The notes below the pieces were generated by a model, which was given only the letters and a program-made list of their open reading frames with translations, did not search any database and had not been told where the DNA came from. This document shows, piece by piece, positions 30,682 to 39,970 of a stretch of DNA of 64,000 nt (position 1 is the stretch's first letter; the number at the start of each line of letters is the position of its first letter). This DNA is from Syntrophales bacterium (GTDB lineage: Bacteria; Desulfobacterota; Syntrophia; Syntrophales; UBA2210), in the NCBI GenBank assembly GCA_963662405.2, contig CAXXKT010000001.1, positions 1,152,001 to 1,216,000 on the forward strand. The letters are read 5' to 3'. Position numbers and translations under genes: made by a program.

Positions 30682-31983
30682 ATGGGCAATCAGTCATTAG
30701 TGGAAAGACGGGCGGGTGCACTTGCGGCCTCGTTTAATAACGGGAAGCCGGCCTTTGCGGCATCGGGTTTTGGTGCAGCCTTTACAGATGTAGAAGGCCG
30801 TGAGTACATCGATTTCGCCGGCGGGATTGCGGTGATGAATGTGGGCCACTCGCATCCGCGGGTAGTGGCGGCGATCAAGGAACAGGCGGAGCGGTTTACG
30901 CACACCTGTTTCATGGTGGTGCCGTATGAAGGAGCGGTCCGGTTGGGTGAGCGACTCTGTGCGTTGGCGCCGGGGGATTTCCCCAAAAAGGCCTTTTTTG
31001 CCAATTCGGGGGCAGAGGCCGTCGAAAATGCGGTTAAGGTAGCGCGGTATTACACGAAAAGGCAGGGGATCGTCGCATTTGATAATGCCTTTCATGGGCG
31101 AACGCTGCTGACCATGGCAATGACGAGCAAGGCAAAACCGTACAAGTTTGGATTCGGCCCCTTTGCGCCTGAGGTATACCATATGCCCTATGCGTACTGT
31201 TACCGGTGTCCCTTTGGGCTCGACTATCCGAAGTGTGGGATATACTGTGCGGAGTATCTGAAGGATGAGATGTTTATACGGTGTCCTGCCGAAACCACGG
31301 CTGCTGTGATTGCGGAGCCTGTTCAGGGTGAAGGCGGGTTCATTACCCCTCCGCCCGAGTATTTTCCGAAGATCGCCAAGATCTGTCGGGATAATGGGAT
31401 TCTGTTCGTTTCAGACGAGATCCAGGCCGGTATGTGCCGTACGGGCGAGAAGATCTTCGCCATAGAACATTGGGACGTTGAACCTGATCTGATGACCGTT
31501 GCGAAAAGTCTTGGCGCCGGCTTACCGATCAGTGCCCTTGTGGGTCGTGCGGAGATCATGGATTCGATTCATGCGGGCGGTATCGGTGGCACGTACGGAG
31601 GTAATCCGGTGGCCTGTGCGGCGGCGAATGCGGTCTTGGACATTATCGATGAAGAGGGGCTTCCTGCGCGAAGTGAGGCCTTGGGTAAAAAATTATGGTC
31701 TGCCTTTGAGGATCTGGAGCGTGAGTACGAGGTGATCGGCGATGTGCGCGGCAAGGGTCCGATGATTGCGCTGGAGTTGGTAAAGGATCGCGAGACGAAG
31801 GAACCGGACAGCGCTTCAGCGGCGGCAGTCGCGGCCTATGCCTTTGAGAAAGGTTTGATCCTGTTGACCTGCGGTCCCTACGGGAATGTGATCCGCTGTT
31901 TGATGCCGCTGGTGATCACCGATGAGCAACTCGACAAAGGTCTTTCGATTATAGATGAAGCATTCGCGTCATTGAAGAGGTAG
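30682..31983 (+). CDS. gabT: 4-aminobutyrate aminotransferase, copy 2 (diverged paralogue)
   Basis: Same class-III PLP motifs and length as 16389-17690; many substitutions at DNA level. Confidence 0.9.
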   Translation: MGNQSLVERRAGALAASFNNGKPAFAASGFGAAFTDVEGREYIDFAGGIAVMNVGHSHPRVVAAIKEQAERFTHTCFMVVPYEGAVRLGERLCALAPGDFPKKAFFANSGAEAVENAVKVARYYTKRQGIVAFDNAFHGRTLLTMAMTSKAKPYKFGFGPFAPEVYHMPYAYCYRCPFGLDYPKCGIYCAEYLKDEMFIRCPAETTAAVIAEPVQGEGGFITPPPEYFPKIAKICRDNGILFVSDEIQAGMCRTGEKIFAIEHWDVEPDLMTVAKSLGAGLPISALVGRAEIMDSIHAGGIGGTYGGNPVACAAANAVLDIIDEEGLPARSEALGKKLWSAFEDLEREYEVIGDVRGKGPMIALELVKDRETKEPDSASAAAVAAYAFEKGLILLTCGPYGNVIRCLMPLVITDEQLDKGLSIIDEAFASLKR

Positions 31984-32127
31984 GTATTTTTTGAGAGAAA
32001 TCGATTTCTCTCTGTGACATGTCGTTCGCGGGAACGGGTACGGCTGGCTTCCAGCGGGCACTGTGCCGCACGTGAAACGAGTAATATATCAGATGAGAAG
32101 ATACAAAAATCGAGGAGGAGAGCACTG

Positions 32128-33477
32128 ATGAAGGAATTTATAAAGATGTGTGAGGAATGTAACCCCGGTGAACAGGAATTTCTCCAAGCCGTTGCGGAGG
32201 TAGCGGAATCGGTCAAACCCGTTCTTGAAAAACATCCCGAGTACCGCAAGGCAAAAATACTCGAGCGAATGGTCGAACCCGAGCGGACGGTAATCTTTCG
32301 GGTTCCATGGGTGGATGATCAGGGAGAGGTACAGATCAATCGTGGCTACCGGATCGAAATGAACAGCGCCATTGGACCGTACAAGGGAGGATTTCGCTTT
32401 CATCCGTCCGTGAACCTGAGCATCCTCAAATTTCTTGGCTTTGAACAGGTGTACAAGAACGCTCTCACGACACTGCCGATGGGTGGTGGTAAGGGTGGAT
32501 CGAACTTCGATCCGAAGGGGAAGTCGGATCTGGAGGTCATGCGGTTTTGCCAGAGCTTTATGAGTGAGATCTTCAGGCACCTGGGACCGAACACGGACGT
32601 CCCGGCTGGCGATATCGGGGTGGGAGCACGCGAGATTGGCTACCTGTTCGGTATGTATAAGAAGCTTCGGAACGAATTTACCGGCGTTTTGACGGGCAAG
32701 GGGCTCGAGTGGGGTGGCAGTCTGATTCGTCCTGAGGCGACGGGGTATGGTGCCGTCTATTTTGCGGCGGAGATGCTGGCCCGGAACAACGAAACGCTGG
32801 AGGGGAAAACCTGTCTCGTGTCGGGATCGGGGAATGTTGCACAGTTCGCCGTTGAGAAGATACTTGAATTGGGCGGCACAGTGGTGACACTCTCCGACTC
32901 GTCGGGTTATATCTATGATGAGAAAGGCATTACCCGTGAGAAGCTCGATTACGTAATGCATCTCAAGAACATTGAGCGGGGCCGCATTGCCGAATACGCC
33001 CAAAAATATCCCGAGGCGGTCTACACACCGGTTGACCCGAACCTCGGGTATAACCCGCTGTGGAGCCACAAGGCCCACTGTGCGTTCCCCTGTGCGACCC
33101 AGAATGAGATTAACGGGAAAGATGCACAGAACCTGGTTGACAATGGTATCTTCCTGATCAGCGAGGGGGCAAACATGCCCACCGTACCGGCGGGTGTTGA
33201 TATATTCCTCGAGCACAAATTGCTGTACGCGCCGGGCAAGGCGGCGAACGCCGGTGGCGTATCGGTGTCGGGTCTGGAAATGACACAGAACAGTCTCCGG
33301 TTGAGTTGGACGCGCGAAGAGGTTGATAACTATCTGAAGAGGATCATGAAAGATATTCATGCCGCCTGCATCACCGCGTCTGAAGAGTATGGCGATCCGG
33401 GCAACTATGTGGCGGGCGCGAATATCGCGGGATTTGTGAAGGTGGCCCGGGCCATGATGGCTCAAGGCGTCGTGTAA
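32128..33477 (+). CDS. gdhA: Glutamate dehydrogenase (NADP-specific family)
   Basis: GPYKGGFRFHP, MGGGKGGSNFDPKG, DVPAGDIGVG, RPEATGYG, GSGNVA, KAANAGGV. Confidence 0.95.
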   Translation: MKEFIKMCEECNPGEQEFLQAVAEVAESVKPVLEKHPEYRKAKILERMVEPERTVIFRVPWVDDQGEVQINRGYRIEMNSAIGPYKGGFRFHPSVNLSILKFLGFEQVYKNALTTLPMGGGKGGSNFDPKGKSDLEVMRFCQSFMSEIFRHLGPNTDVPAGDIGVGAREIGYLFGMYKKLRNEFTGVLTGKGLEWGGSLIRPEATGYGAVYFAAEMLARNNETLEGKTCLVSGSGNVAQFAVEKILELGGTVVTLSDSSGYIYDEKGITREKLDYVMHLKNIERGRIAEYAQKYPEAVYTPVDPNLGYNPLWSHKAHCAFPCATQNEINGKDAQNLVDNGIFLISEGANMPTVPAGVDIFLEHKLLYAPGKAANAGGVSVSGLEMTQNSLRLSWTREEVDNYLKRIMKDIHAACITASEEYGDPGNYVAGANIAGFVKVARAMMAQGVV

Positions 33478-33509
33478 CATCCCAGTAATATTTTCTGAGG
33501 AGTGAGGCG

Positions 33510-33800
33510 ATGCCATCACGAAGAGCAAAGGCTGCAGCTAAGATTCAGATTGATAATGAACGTGTCATAATCACTGAGTGGCGATTTGCACCCGGAGCAG
33601 AAACCGGCTGGCACAAACATGACTATGACTATATTGTTGTTCCAGGTATGGACGGAAACCTACTTCTTGAAACCAAAGAGGGTGAAAGCATTGTTAAGCT
33701 GAAACGAGGCCAATCGTATTACAGGCCCGTTGGGGTGGAACACAATACTGTAAATGCGAATGCTTTTGAATTCTACTTTGTAGAAATTGAGTTGCGATAA
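33510..33800 (+). CDS. Cupin-domain protein (BauB-like)
   Basis: DNERVIITEWRFAPGAETGWHKHDYDY...GVEHN cupin motifs; 96 aa. Confidence 0.8.
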   Translation: MPSRRAKAAAKIQIDNERVIITEWRFAPGAETGWHKHDYDYIVVPGMDGNLLLETKEGESIVKLKRGQSYYRPVGVEHNTVNANAFEFYFVEIELR

Positions 33801-34135
33801 CTATTAAAAGAATTGAGCAGACGGCGAAATGAATATTGCCGGATTTCTGTGGGATTTTTTACCAGACCTCGTCGGCATGCTGCATCTAAGCGACGCCGTT
33901 GCTCAACGCGGTGATCTACCGGTGGCGGTTCATCTTTCTCCTTCCGTGACCGCCGCCGGTTTTTGGGGATACGGCAGGTGTATACAGGTAAAAACCGGCG
34001 TCTCCTGCCGGAGCGGCATTTACTTGCATACACAGGGTCTCCTGCCATGAGGTCGTGACCTGTTTTTTGCACCTGTACTGATCATCCGAGACAGATGTTG
34101 GTAATGAGTACTGTTGGGTGTGTTTGGGGGTTAAA

Positions 34136-35485
34136 ATGAACGGTGTTTCTTCAACGGTTTTTGGGATTGACAGAGATCTGCATGATGCCTCCGCCGTATT
34201 GATCGTCGACGGACAAGCACACCAGATCCCCATGGTCACGGGGACCATGGGGGAGCGGGCACTCGATATCAGTCGTCTCAGGAGTGACACGGGCCTGATC
34301 ACACTGGACACGGGATTTGCGAATACGGGAAGCTGCGAAAGCGCCATCACCTATGTCGATGGCGAGCGGGGGATATTACGATACCGGGGAATCGATATCC
34401 AGGAGCTTGCCGAAAAGTCTAGCTTCGTTGAAACAGCATATCTTTTGATCAACAACGTCCTCCCCACAGCGGGCGAACTGAGTTCCTTTTCGGATCTGCT
34501 CACCCGGCATTCGCTCGTTCATGAAAATATGATCGATTTTTTCAGACATTACCCACCGCGGGCTCATCCCATGGGTATTCTTGCCTCCATGGTGAATGCC
34601 CTGAGCGCCTTTTACCCGGATCTCCAGGCTGAAACCGCTGTGGAGGGGATCAATATCACCGTGGCGCGCCTCCTGTCGAAAATGAGAACCCTCGCTGCCG
34701 TATCCTATAATATCTCTATCGGGCACAAAGTCATCTACCCCCGATACGACCTGAGTTACTGTGCTAATTTTCTCTACATGATGTTCGACACCCCCGTGAA
34801 AAACTATGTCATCGATGAAGACATAGTTCAGGCCCTTAATGTATTTTGGATACTTCATGCCGATCACGAGCAGAATTGCTCGACGACGGCAGTCCGTCTC
34901 GTGGGAAGCGCCCGGGTGAATCTTTACGCGGCAGTGGCGGCGGGTATCTCAGCCCTGTGGGGTCCGCTCCACGGTGGGGCCAATCAGGCGGTCATGGAAA
35001 TGCTGCAGGACATTGAACAGGCAGGTGGTGACATACAGCCGTTTATCGCCAGGGCGAAGGATCGGCATGATCCCTTCAGGCTCATGGGGTTCGGCCATCG
35101 TGTCTATAAAACCTATGACCCGCGTGCGACAATCATGGAAGAGATATGCGAGAAGGTCCTGGATAAATTGAGCATAAACGATCCGCTGCTCGATACCGCC
35201 CGGAGGCTGCGCGACGCCGTTGCCGGCGATTCCTATTTTGTGGATCACAATCTCTACCCGAACGTGGATTTCTACAGCGGTATCTTCCTGCGAGCCATTC
35301 GGATTCCCCTCAGCATGTACACCGTCATGTTCGCCATTGGACGGTTGCCCGGATGGATCGCCCAATGGAAAGAGAGCCTCGATGATCCCAAGCGCAAACT
35401 GGACCGGCCCAGGCAGGTGTATACGGGTATTGAAAAGAGTGTTTATGTTCCCCTGGAAAACCGCCGCGACCCGAACCGGATATGA
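34136..35485 (+). CDS. gltA: Citrate (Si)-synthase, type II
   Basis: SAITYVDGERGILRYRG, LHADHEQNCST, GPLHGGANQ, LMGFGHRVYK, YPNVDFYSG. Confidence 0.95.
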   Translation: MNGVSSTVFGIDRDLHDASAVLIVDGQAHQIPMVTGTMGERALDISRLRSDTGLITLDTGFANTGSCESAITYVDGERGILRYRGIDIQELAEKSSFVETAYLLINNVLPTAGELSSFSDLLTRHSLVHENMIDFFRHYPPRAHPMGILASMVNALSAFYPDLQAETAVEGINITVARLLSKMRTLAAVSYNISIGHKVIYPRYDLSYCANFLYMMFDTPVKNYVIDEDIVQALNVFWILHADHEQNCSTTAVRLVGSARVNLYAAVAAGISALWGPLHGGANQAVMEMLQDIEQAGGDIQPFIARAKDRHDPFRLMGFGHRVYKTYDPRATIMEEICEKVLDKLSINDPLLDTARRLRDAVAGDSYFVDHNLYPNVDFYSGIFLRAIRIPLSMYTVMFAIGRLPGWIAQWKESLDDPKRKLDRPRQVYTGIEKSVYVPLENRRDPNRI

Positions 35486-35659
35486 TCGATTCGTTGCCCG
35501 TTTTTCCCCTCTCGCATCTGACAATGAGGATTGGGGAAAGGGTGCGGCTCCTCCGATCCATTTCTTTTTTTAAATGTTTTCGCCTGAAGGACAAAGGGAC
35601 AATTGACGAAAAAGCGCGCAACGGCTATGATGCAAAAAGGTTATGCGGAGGGTGTGTGA

Positions 35660-35908
35660 TTGATGAAAAGAAAATCGTCCATAGGGGTATGGGTGTGTCT
35701 GGTTTTTGTGTGTCTCATGCTGGGAGCCACCGTGTTCCCCGATGGAGTCCTGCTGGCTGCCGACGAATCGTTGCATGTTGTTGATGCTGCGGGAGATGCC
35801 GTTGAGCAGGGTGTGACCAGCAAACAGGTGACCCTGCTGCGTATCCTCTCGGTACTTGCCATGGCTGTTTTTCTTGTATGGTATATTCGAAGAAAGATGA
35901 AGTTGTGA
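35660..35908 (+). CDS. Small hypothetical membrane protein
   Basis: N-terminal signal-like and C-terminal TM segment ending in a basic tail; fills the gap before the NimA-like gene. Confidence 0.55.
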   Translation: MMKRKSSIGVWVCLVFVCLMLGATVFPDGVLLAADESLHVVDAAGDAVEQGVTSKQVTLLRILSVLAMAVFLVWYIRRKMKL

Positions 35909-35918
35909 GGAATTGCAC

Positions 35919-36377
35919 ATGAGAAGAAAAGACAAGGAGATCAAAGATCGGGCCGCGATTAATTCGATCATTGCCCGTGCGGATGTCTGCCGTTTGGCTT
36001 TGTCCCATGATAATAGCCCCTACCTGGTGCCGCTCTGTTTCGGGTATGATGGAACCAGTCTGTATTTTCACAGTGCAAAGGCGGGGAGGAAGATCGATAT
36101 TCTTCGCCAAAATCCGGAGGTGTGCTTTGAGATGGCTGTTGATTGCGAGCCTGTAAAAGGGCCGCAGTCATGTGATTGGACGATGCGTTTTATGAGCGTC
36201 ATCGGATTCGGCAGGGTTTCATTCATCGATGACAACGAAGAAAAGAAAAAAGCCCTGAGCGCCATATGTGCACAATATTCAGATTCCCCCTTAACGGGAG
36301 ATACGAAGAAAATCGAGAAGACCCTTGTTTTCAGGGTGGACATTACGGATATGTCTGGTAAAAAATCAGGATATTAG
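35919..36377 (+). CDS. Pyridoxamine-5'-phosphate-oxidase-family flavin-binding protein (NimA-like)
   Basis: MRRKDKEI, PYLVPLCFGY, LYFHSAKAGRK, NPEVCFE, SVIGFG, SGK. Confidence 0.88.
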   Translation: MRRKDKEIKDRAAINSIIARADVCRLALSHDNSPYLVPLCFGYDGTSLYFHSAKAGRKIDILRQNPEVCFEMAVDCEPVKGPQSCDWTMRFMSVIGFGRVSFIDDNEEKKKALSAICAQYSDSPLTGDTKKIEKTLVFRVDITDMSGKKSGY

Positions 36378-36472
36378 GTTTTGTTTCCTCGCATGGCTTT
36401 CAGGGATTGTATCACTCGGACAGCAGTGCACCTTTGCTCAGAATCGGCAGCTTTTGATGAGGGAGGAGCTTC

Positions 36473-36634
36473 GTGAAGAAGTATTATCTTTTTGTCTTTG
36501 TTGTTTTAGGCACAGCGGACATGATATATGGTTTCGTCAAACCCGATCGTCTCAGTGTGCTGATCGGCGCCATCATAGCCTTTGTCGCCCTTGCGGTCTT
36601 CTATAAACGGGTGAAGGCGGAAAAAGAAGATTGA
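36473..36634 (+). CDS. 53-aa two-helix membrane protein, copy 1 (below the ORF-track cutoff)
   Basis: GGAGGAG RBS, GTG start; MKKYYLFVFVVLGTADMIYGFVKPDRLSVLIGAIIAFVALAVFYKRVKAEKED; intact paralogue at 45451. Confidence 0.75.
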   Translation: MKKYYLFVFVVLGTADMIYGFVKPDRLSVLIGAIIAFVALAVFYKRVKAEKED

Positions 36635-36796
36635 ATGACGAAGTGAAGGTGCCGTCAACAAGCGGGAAAGGCAGTCCGTGTCTTGGTACGCTGGGTGTTC
36701 GGTGAATATATGGTGCAGGAGGCAATCTCCGTCCTGTTTCTAACAGAATAAGATTTCGATATTAAACATGTTTATCATATTCACGTTTTTGCAGAC

Positions 36797-36881
36797 TCAT
36801 CAGAGCCACCGCGTGCAAGCGCATATTACGTCAACATCCTCCTGATAAAGGTCTGCACGCAGAACGTGACGCACGTCCTAC
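36797..36881 (+). pseudogene. Decayed internal fragment of abfD
   Basis: YYVNILLIKVCTQNVTH versus AbfD YYVNTLLANVCKQNVTR (12/17), preceded by a remnant of the HRQSYACK-coding DNA. Confidence 0.75.
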
Positions 36882-37589
36882 CATCCGTCTCAAGCTGATA
36901 CTCGCAAACGCCCTGTTTTGGTTGCTGTCAACTCGTAACAGGCCAAAGACATTCCTGGAACAATGCTGACGCTGGATACTGCGGATAGAGAACTCCGGAG
37001 AACGACATTTCCGAGCCCGCTTAGTATTTATTCATCCCACAAAACTCCAGGCTCCTGTATGGAGATGCAGTAAAAGCCAAGCAGGTTTAAACCTGCAATC
37101 CAACGAAGTCCCCAACTCCTGCCAAGTGAGTTTCATGTGCCGGAAAGATTTCACCGGTCGGCGTTCCCCTCTCTATAATTTCCATGTATGACAAACATGG
37201 ATACTTCTCGTTCTGCATATCGTAGGACTATCCGAAGCCTGCGATGGAAAGTTCGAAAATTATGATTGAAGAAGAGAGACTTCACATGCCGAGGGCACGT
37301 GGAGGTGCCGTTCTCTCTTATATCGAACATCGGTTAGTGTGATTCAGGGTGGCAGGGATTCGGTGCATTGGAAGGACAGTGCAATATTGCACTATAGTGC
37401 CATGCCGCATTATTTCGTGGACACGGTGCTTCCCTTTGCATTTCAAAGTGTTAGAGGGGGCCGGATCATCGGCAATGCATTTATGCAATATATGACATAA
37501 GTGGATTGCCCTCGAAGCCCTTCGGCCGAATTCCACTATCTGCCTGTTATTATAGCCCTAAAATGTCTCAAGTGCAGGGATTGACAGGG

Positions 37590-37605
37590 CGGTATGAATG
37601 TTGCG
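37590..37605 (+). promoter_or_regulatory. Candidate sigma-54 (-24/-12) promoter of the second ABC operon
   Basis: CGGTATG-AATG-TTGCG, exact GG-N10-GC, shares GGTATG with the gabT2 promoter. Confidence 0.55.
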
Positions 37606-37808
37606 TGAGGGGAGCGTGAGGTCGGTTAGAAAGCGCCCTGATTTTTTAAATCTCAAAACAAATAAAAGGAGGAGCTGAGTCAAGAAAAAGTCTGGAAAAT
37701 CCACCGTGGTACCGATGGCCCCTATCAAAAAGTAAATAACCGGTGTTGAAAGGGATGTCTTTGCTTTATTCGGATAGCATACACAACACGAAGAAGGAGG
37801 AGAGTATT

Positions 37809-39038
37809 ATGAGAGGAAAGCATATTTTTTTCATTTTCTGCCTTTTGTTATTCGCGGCAATTGGATTTATGCCCGGTTCATCCACGGCGGCCGAGCCAGT
37901 TAAAATCGGCTTTGTCTACATTATGTCGGGTCCCGCAGCGACCTATGGTCAATTTGCGAAAAAGGGAGCAGAGCTTGCCCTTGATGAGATCAACAAAGCG
38001 GGAGGAATCAATGGGCAGGAGGTCGAAGGACTCTTTGAAGATTCCACGGGAAAACCCGACGTCGGCCTTCGCGTCATGCGAAAACTGGTATTCCAGGAAA
38101 AGGTAAAGGTTCTTATCGGCCTTGATTCAAGCGGTGTTGCCAAAACGGTCGTCCCTTCGATCCCGCAGTTGAAGGTACCACTCATTATCACCCATGCCGC
38201 CACCCCGGATGTCACCGGGTCGGTCTGTAATCGGAACGTCTTTAGAATCGCCTTAAACCTCCGTCAAAATGTCAAAACCGCATCCTTGATAGCAAAAGAA
38301 AGTGGTGCAAAGAAGTGGAACACCATCGGCCCTGACTATGCTTTTGGCCACCAATCATGGGAGTATTTTCAGAAATATCTGAAGGCGGAGATGCCTGATG
38401 CGACGTTCGTATCGAGTGACCAGGCGGCCTTCCCTCCCACGAAGACAACCGATTTCAATCCTTATATCAACAAATTAATGCAATCGCATCCTGATGGGAT
38501 CCTCGTATCGCTCTGGGGCGGGAATCTGATAGATTTCATCCGTCAGGGGAAGGAGTTGGGCCTCTTTAATGGGCAGTATCAGATTCTCTGTACGCTCGGC
38601 GCGGCCACGGAGGTCTTGAGTGCTCTCGGTGACAAAATGCCCGAAGGGATATGGGTTGGAACTCGATACTGGTTCCTGGCCAATCCGTCTGAAAGAAATA
38701 AAAAGTTCGTTGAAGCATACTGGACCCGCTATAAGGAATATCCCTCGTATAATGCGCACGGGGCCTATGCCGCGGTCTACGCGTATAAGGCAGCGGTTGA
38801 AAAAGGGAAATCCACTGATACGAAGGAGGTCATAAAAAATCTTGAAGGATTGACGGTAGAGATTCCGGCCGGTGTTGTGACCATCCGCCCCGAAGATCAT
38901 CAGGCCATCACCGATGCACACTGGGGTATAACGGCCGCTGATCCGAACTATAATATCAGAATCCTCAAACCGATGAAGATCTTGAAGGGCGCGGACATTA
39001 CGCCGCCGGTGGCCGACACAGATTGCACGATGAAATAA
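37809..39038 (+). CDS. ABC transporter substrate-binding protein (Liv family), second system
   Basis: Signal peptide, PVKIGFVYIMSG, INKAGGING, PDYAFG, IRPEDHQ. Confidence 0.9.
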   Translation: MRGKHIFFIFCLLLFAAIGFMPGSSTAAEPVKIGFVYIMSGPAATYGQFAKKGAELALDEINKAGGINGQEVEGLFEDSTGKPDVGLRVMRKLVFQEKVKVLIGLDSSGVAKTVVPSIPQLKVPLIITHAATPDVTGSVCNRNVFRIALNLRQNVKTASLIAKESGAKKWNTIGPDYAFGHQSWEYFQKYLKAEMPDATFVSSDQAAFPPTKTTDFNPYINKLMQSHPDGILVSLWGGNLIDFIRQGKELGLFNGQYQILCTLGAATEVLSALGDKMPEGIWVGTRYWFLANPSERNKKFVEAYWTRYKEYPSYNAHGAYAAVYAYKAAVEKGKSTDTKEVIKNLEGLTVEIPAGVVTIRPEDHQAITDAHWGITAADPNYNIRILKPMKILKGADITPPVADTDCTMK

Positions 39039-39108
39039 GGAGCCAAAGAGGCAGAAAAAAAATCACAAAATTCATGGATGAGAAAAACTGTTCGATAGGA
39101 GGATACCG

Positions 39109-39969
39109 TTGGAAAATTTTGTCATCAATCTACTCAACGGCCTGAGCTGGGGGATGCTCTTGTTTCTGATATCGGTTGGATTGACCACCGTCTTCGGTGT
39201 CATGGGAGTGCTGAATTTCGCCCACGGTTCGTTTTTCATGCTCGGTGCGTACATGTGCATGCAGATTATGCACATCGTTCCCTCGTTCTGGATTGGCCTT
39301 ATCGTTGGTCCAGCTTCAGTTGCCCTTTTAGGCGTCGTTATCGAACGGTTTTTGCTCAGGAAAGTATATGGCAGGGAAGTTGCCTTCCAGTTGCTTCTCA
39401 CGTTTGCCATACTTCTGGTTCTGGATGACGGAGTCCGTTTGATATGGGGGCCGGGCTATCACGTTGTTGAAGCGCCTGCACTGTTAGCCGGGATATTCCC
39501 TCTTTTTGACAATTCCTACCCGGTGTATCGCTTGTTTCTGGTGATAGCCGGTCCCACTATCGGTTTGGCCCTCTGGGGCTTTTTCAGATTCAGCAAATGG
39601 GGAAAGATCATACGAAGTGCCTCTTCGGACAGGGAAATGGCCGAAGGAATCGGGATACGGGTACCGTTGCTCTTTACCTTGGTATTTGCTCTGGGTACAT
39701 GGCTGGCGGCGATGGGAGGTGCCCTCGCCGCCCCACACCAGAGCCTCGCTCCGTCAATGGGAGAACGGATTATCATAGAGAGTTTTATCGTTGTGGTAAG
39801 CGGAGGAATGGGCAGTTTCCCGGGTGCGTTTATCGGGGCACTGGTTCTCGGTCTTTTTGAATCATTCGGCACCGTCTTTCTCGGCAGGGTGCAGATGGCA
39901 GTCCCCTATATTCTTCTTGCCGTTGTCCTGTTGGTTCGTCCGTACGGTCTTTTTGGTAAGGAGGTCTGA
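39109..39969 (+). CDS. livH: ABC permease, LivH-like
   Basis: GLTTVFGVMGVLNFAHG, GGMGSFPGA, RPYGLFG. Confidence 0.9.
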   Translation: MENFVINLLNGLSWGMLLFLISVGLTTVFGVMGVLNFAHGSFFMLGAYMCMQIMHIVPSFWIGLIVGPASVALLGVVIERFLLRKVYGREVAFQLLLTFAILLVLDDGVRLIWGPGYHVVEAPALLAGIFPLFDNSYPVYRLFLVIAGPTIGLALWGFFRFSKWGKIIRSASSDREMAEGIGIRVPLLFTLVFALGTWLAAMGGALAAPHQSLAPSMGERIIIESFIVVVSGGMGSFPGAFIGALVLGLFESFGTVFLGRVQMAVPYILLAVVLLVRPYGLFGKEV

Positions 39970-39970
39970 T

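Noticed and set aside
32089..33528. 479-aa ORF antisense to gdhA
   Set aside because: Antisense shadow of a well-conserved gene; no recognisable domain.
37240..37370. Possible relic of the first activator's 3' end upstream of the TGCA boxes
   Set aside because: Only two short patchy matches by eye; not distinguishable from chance.
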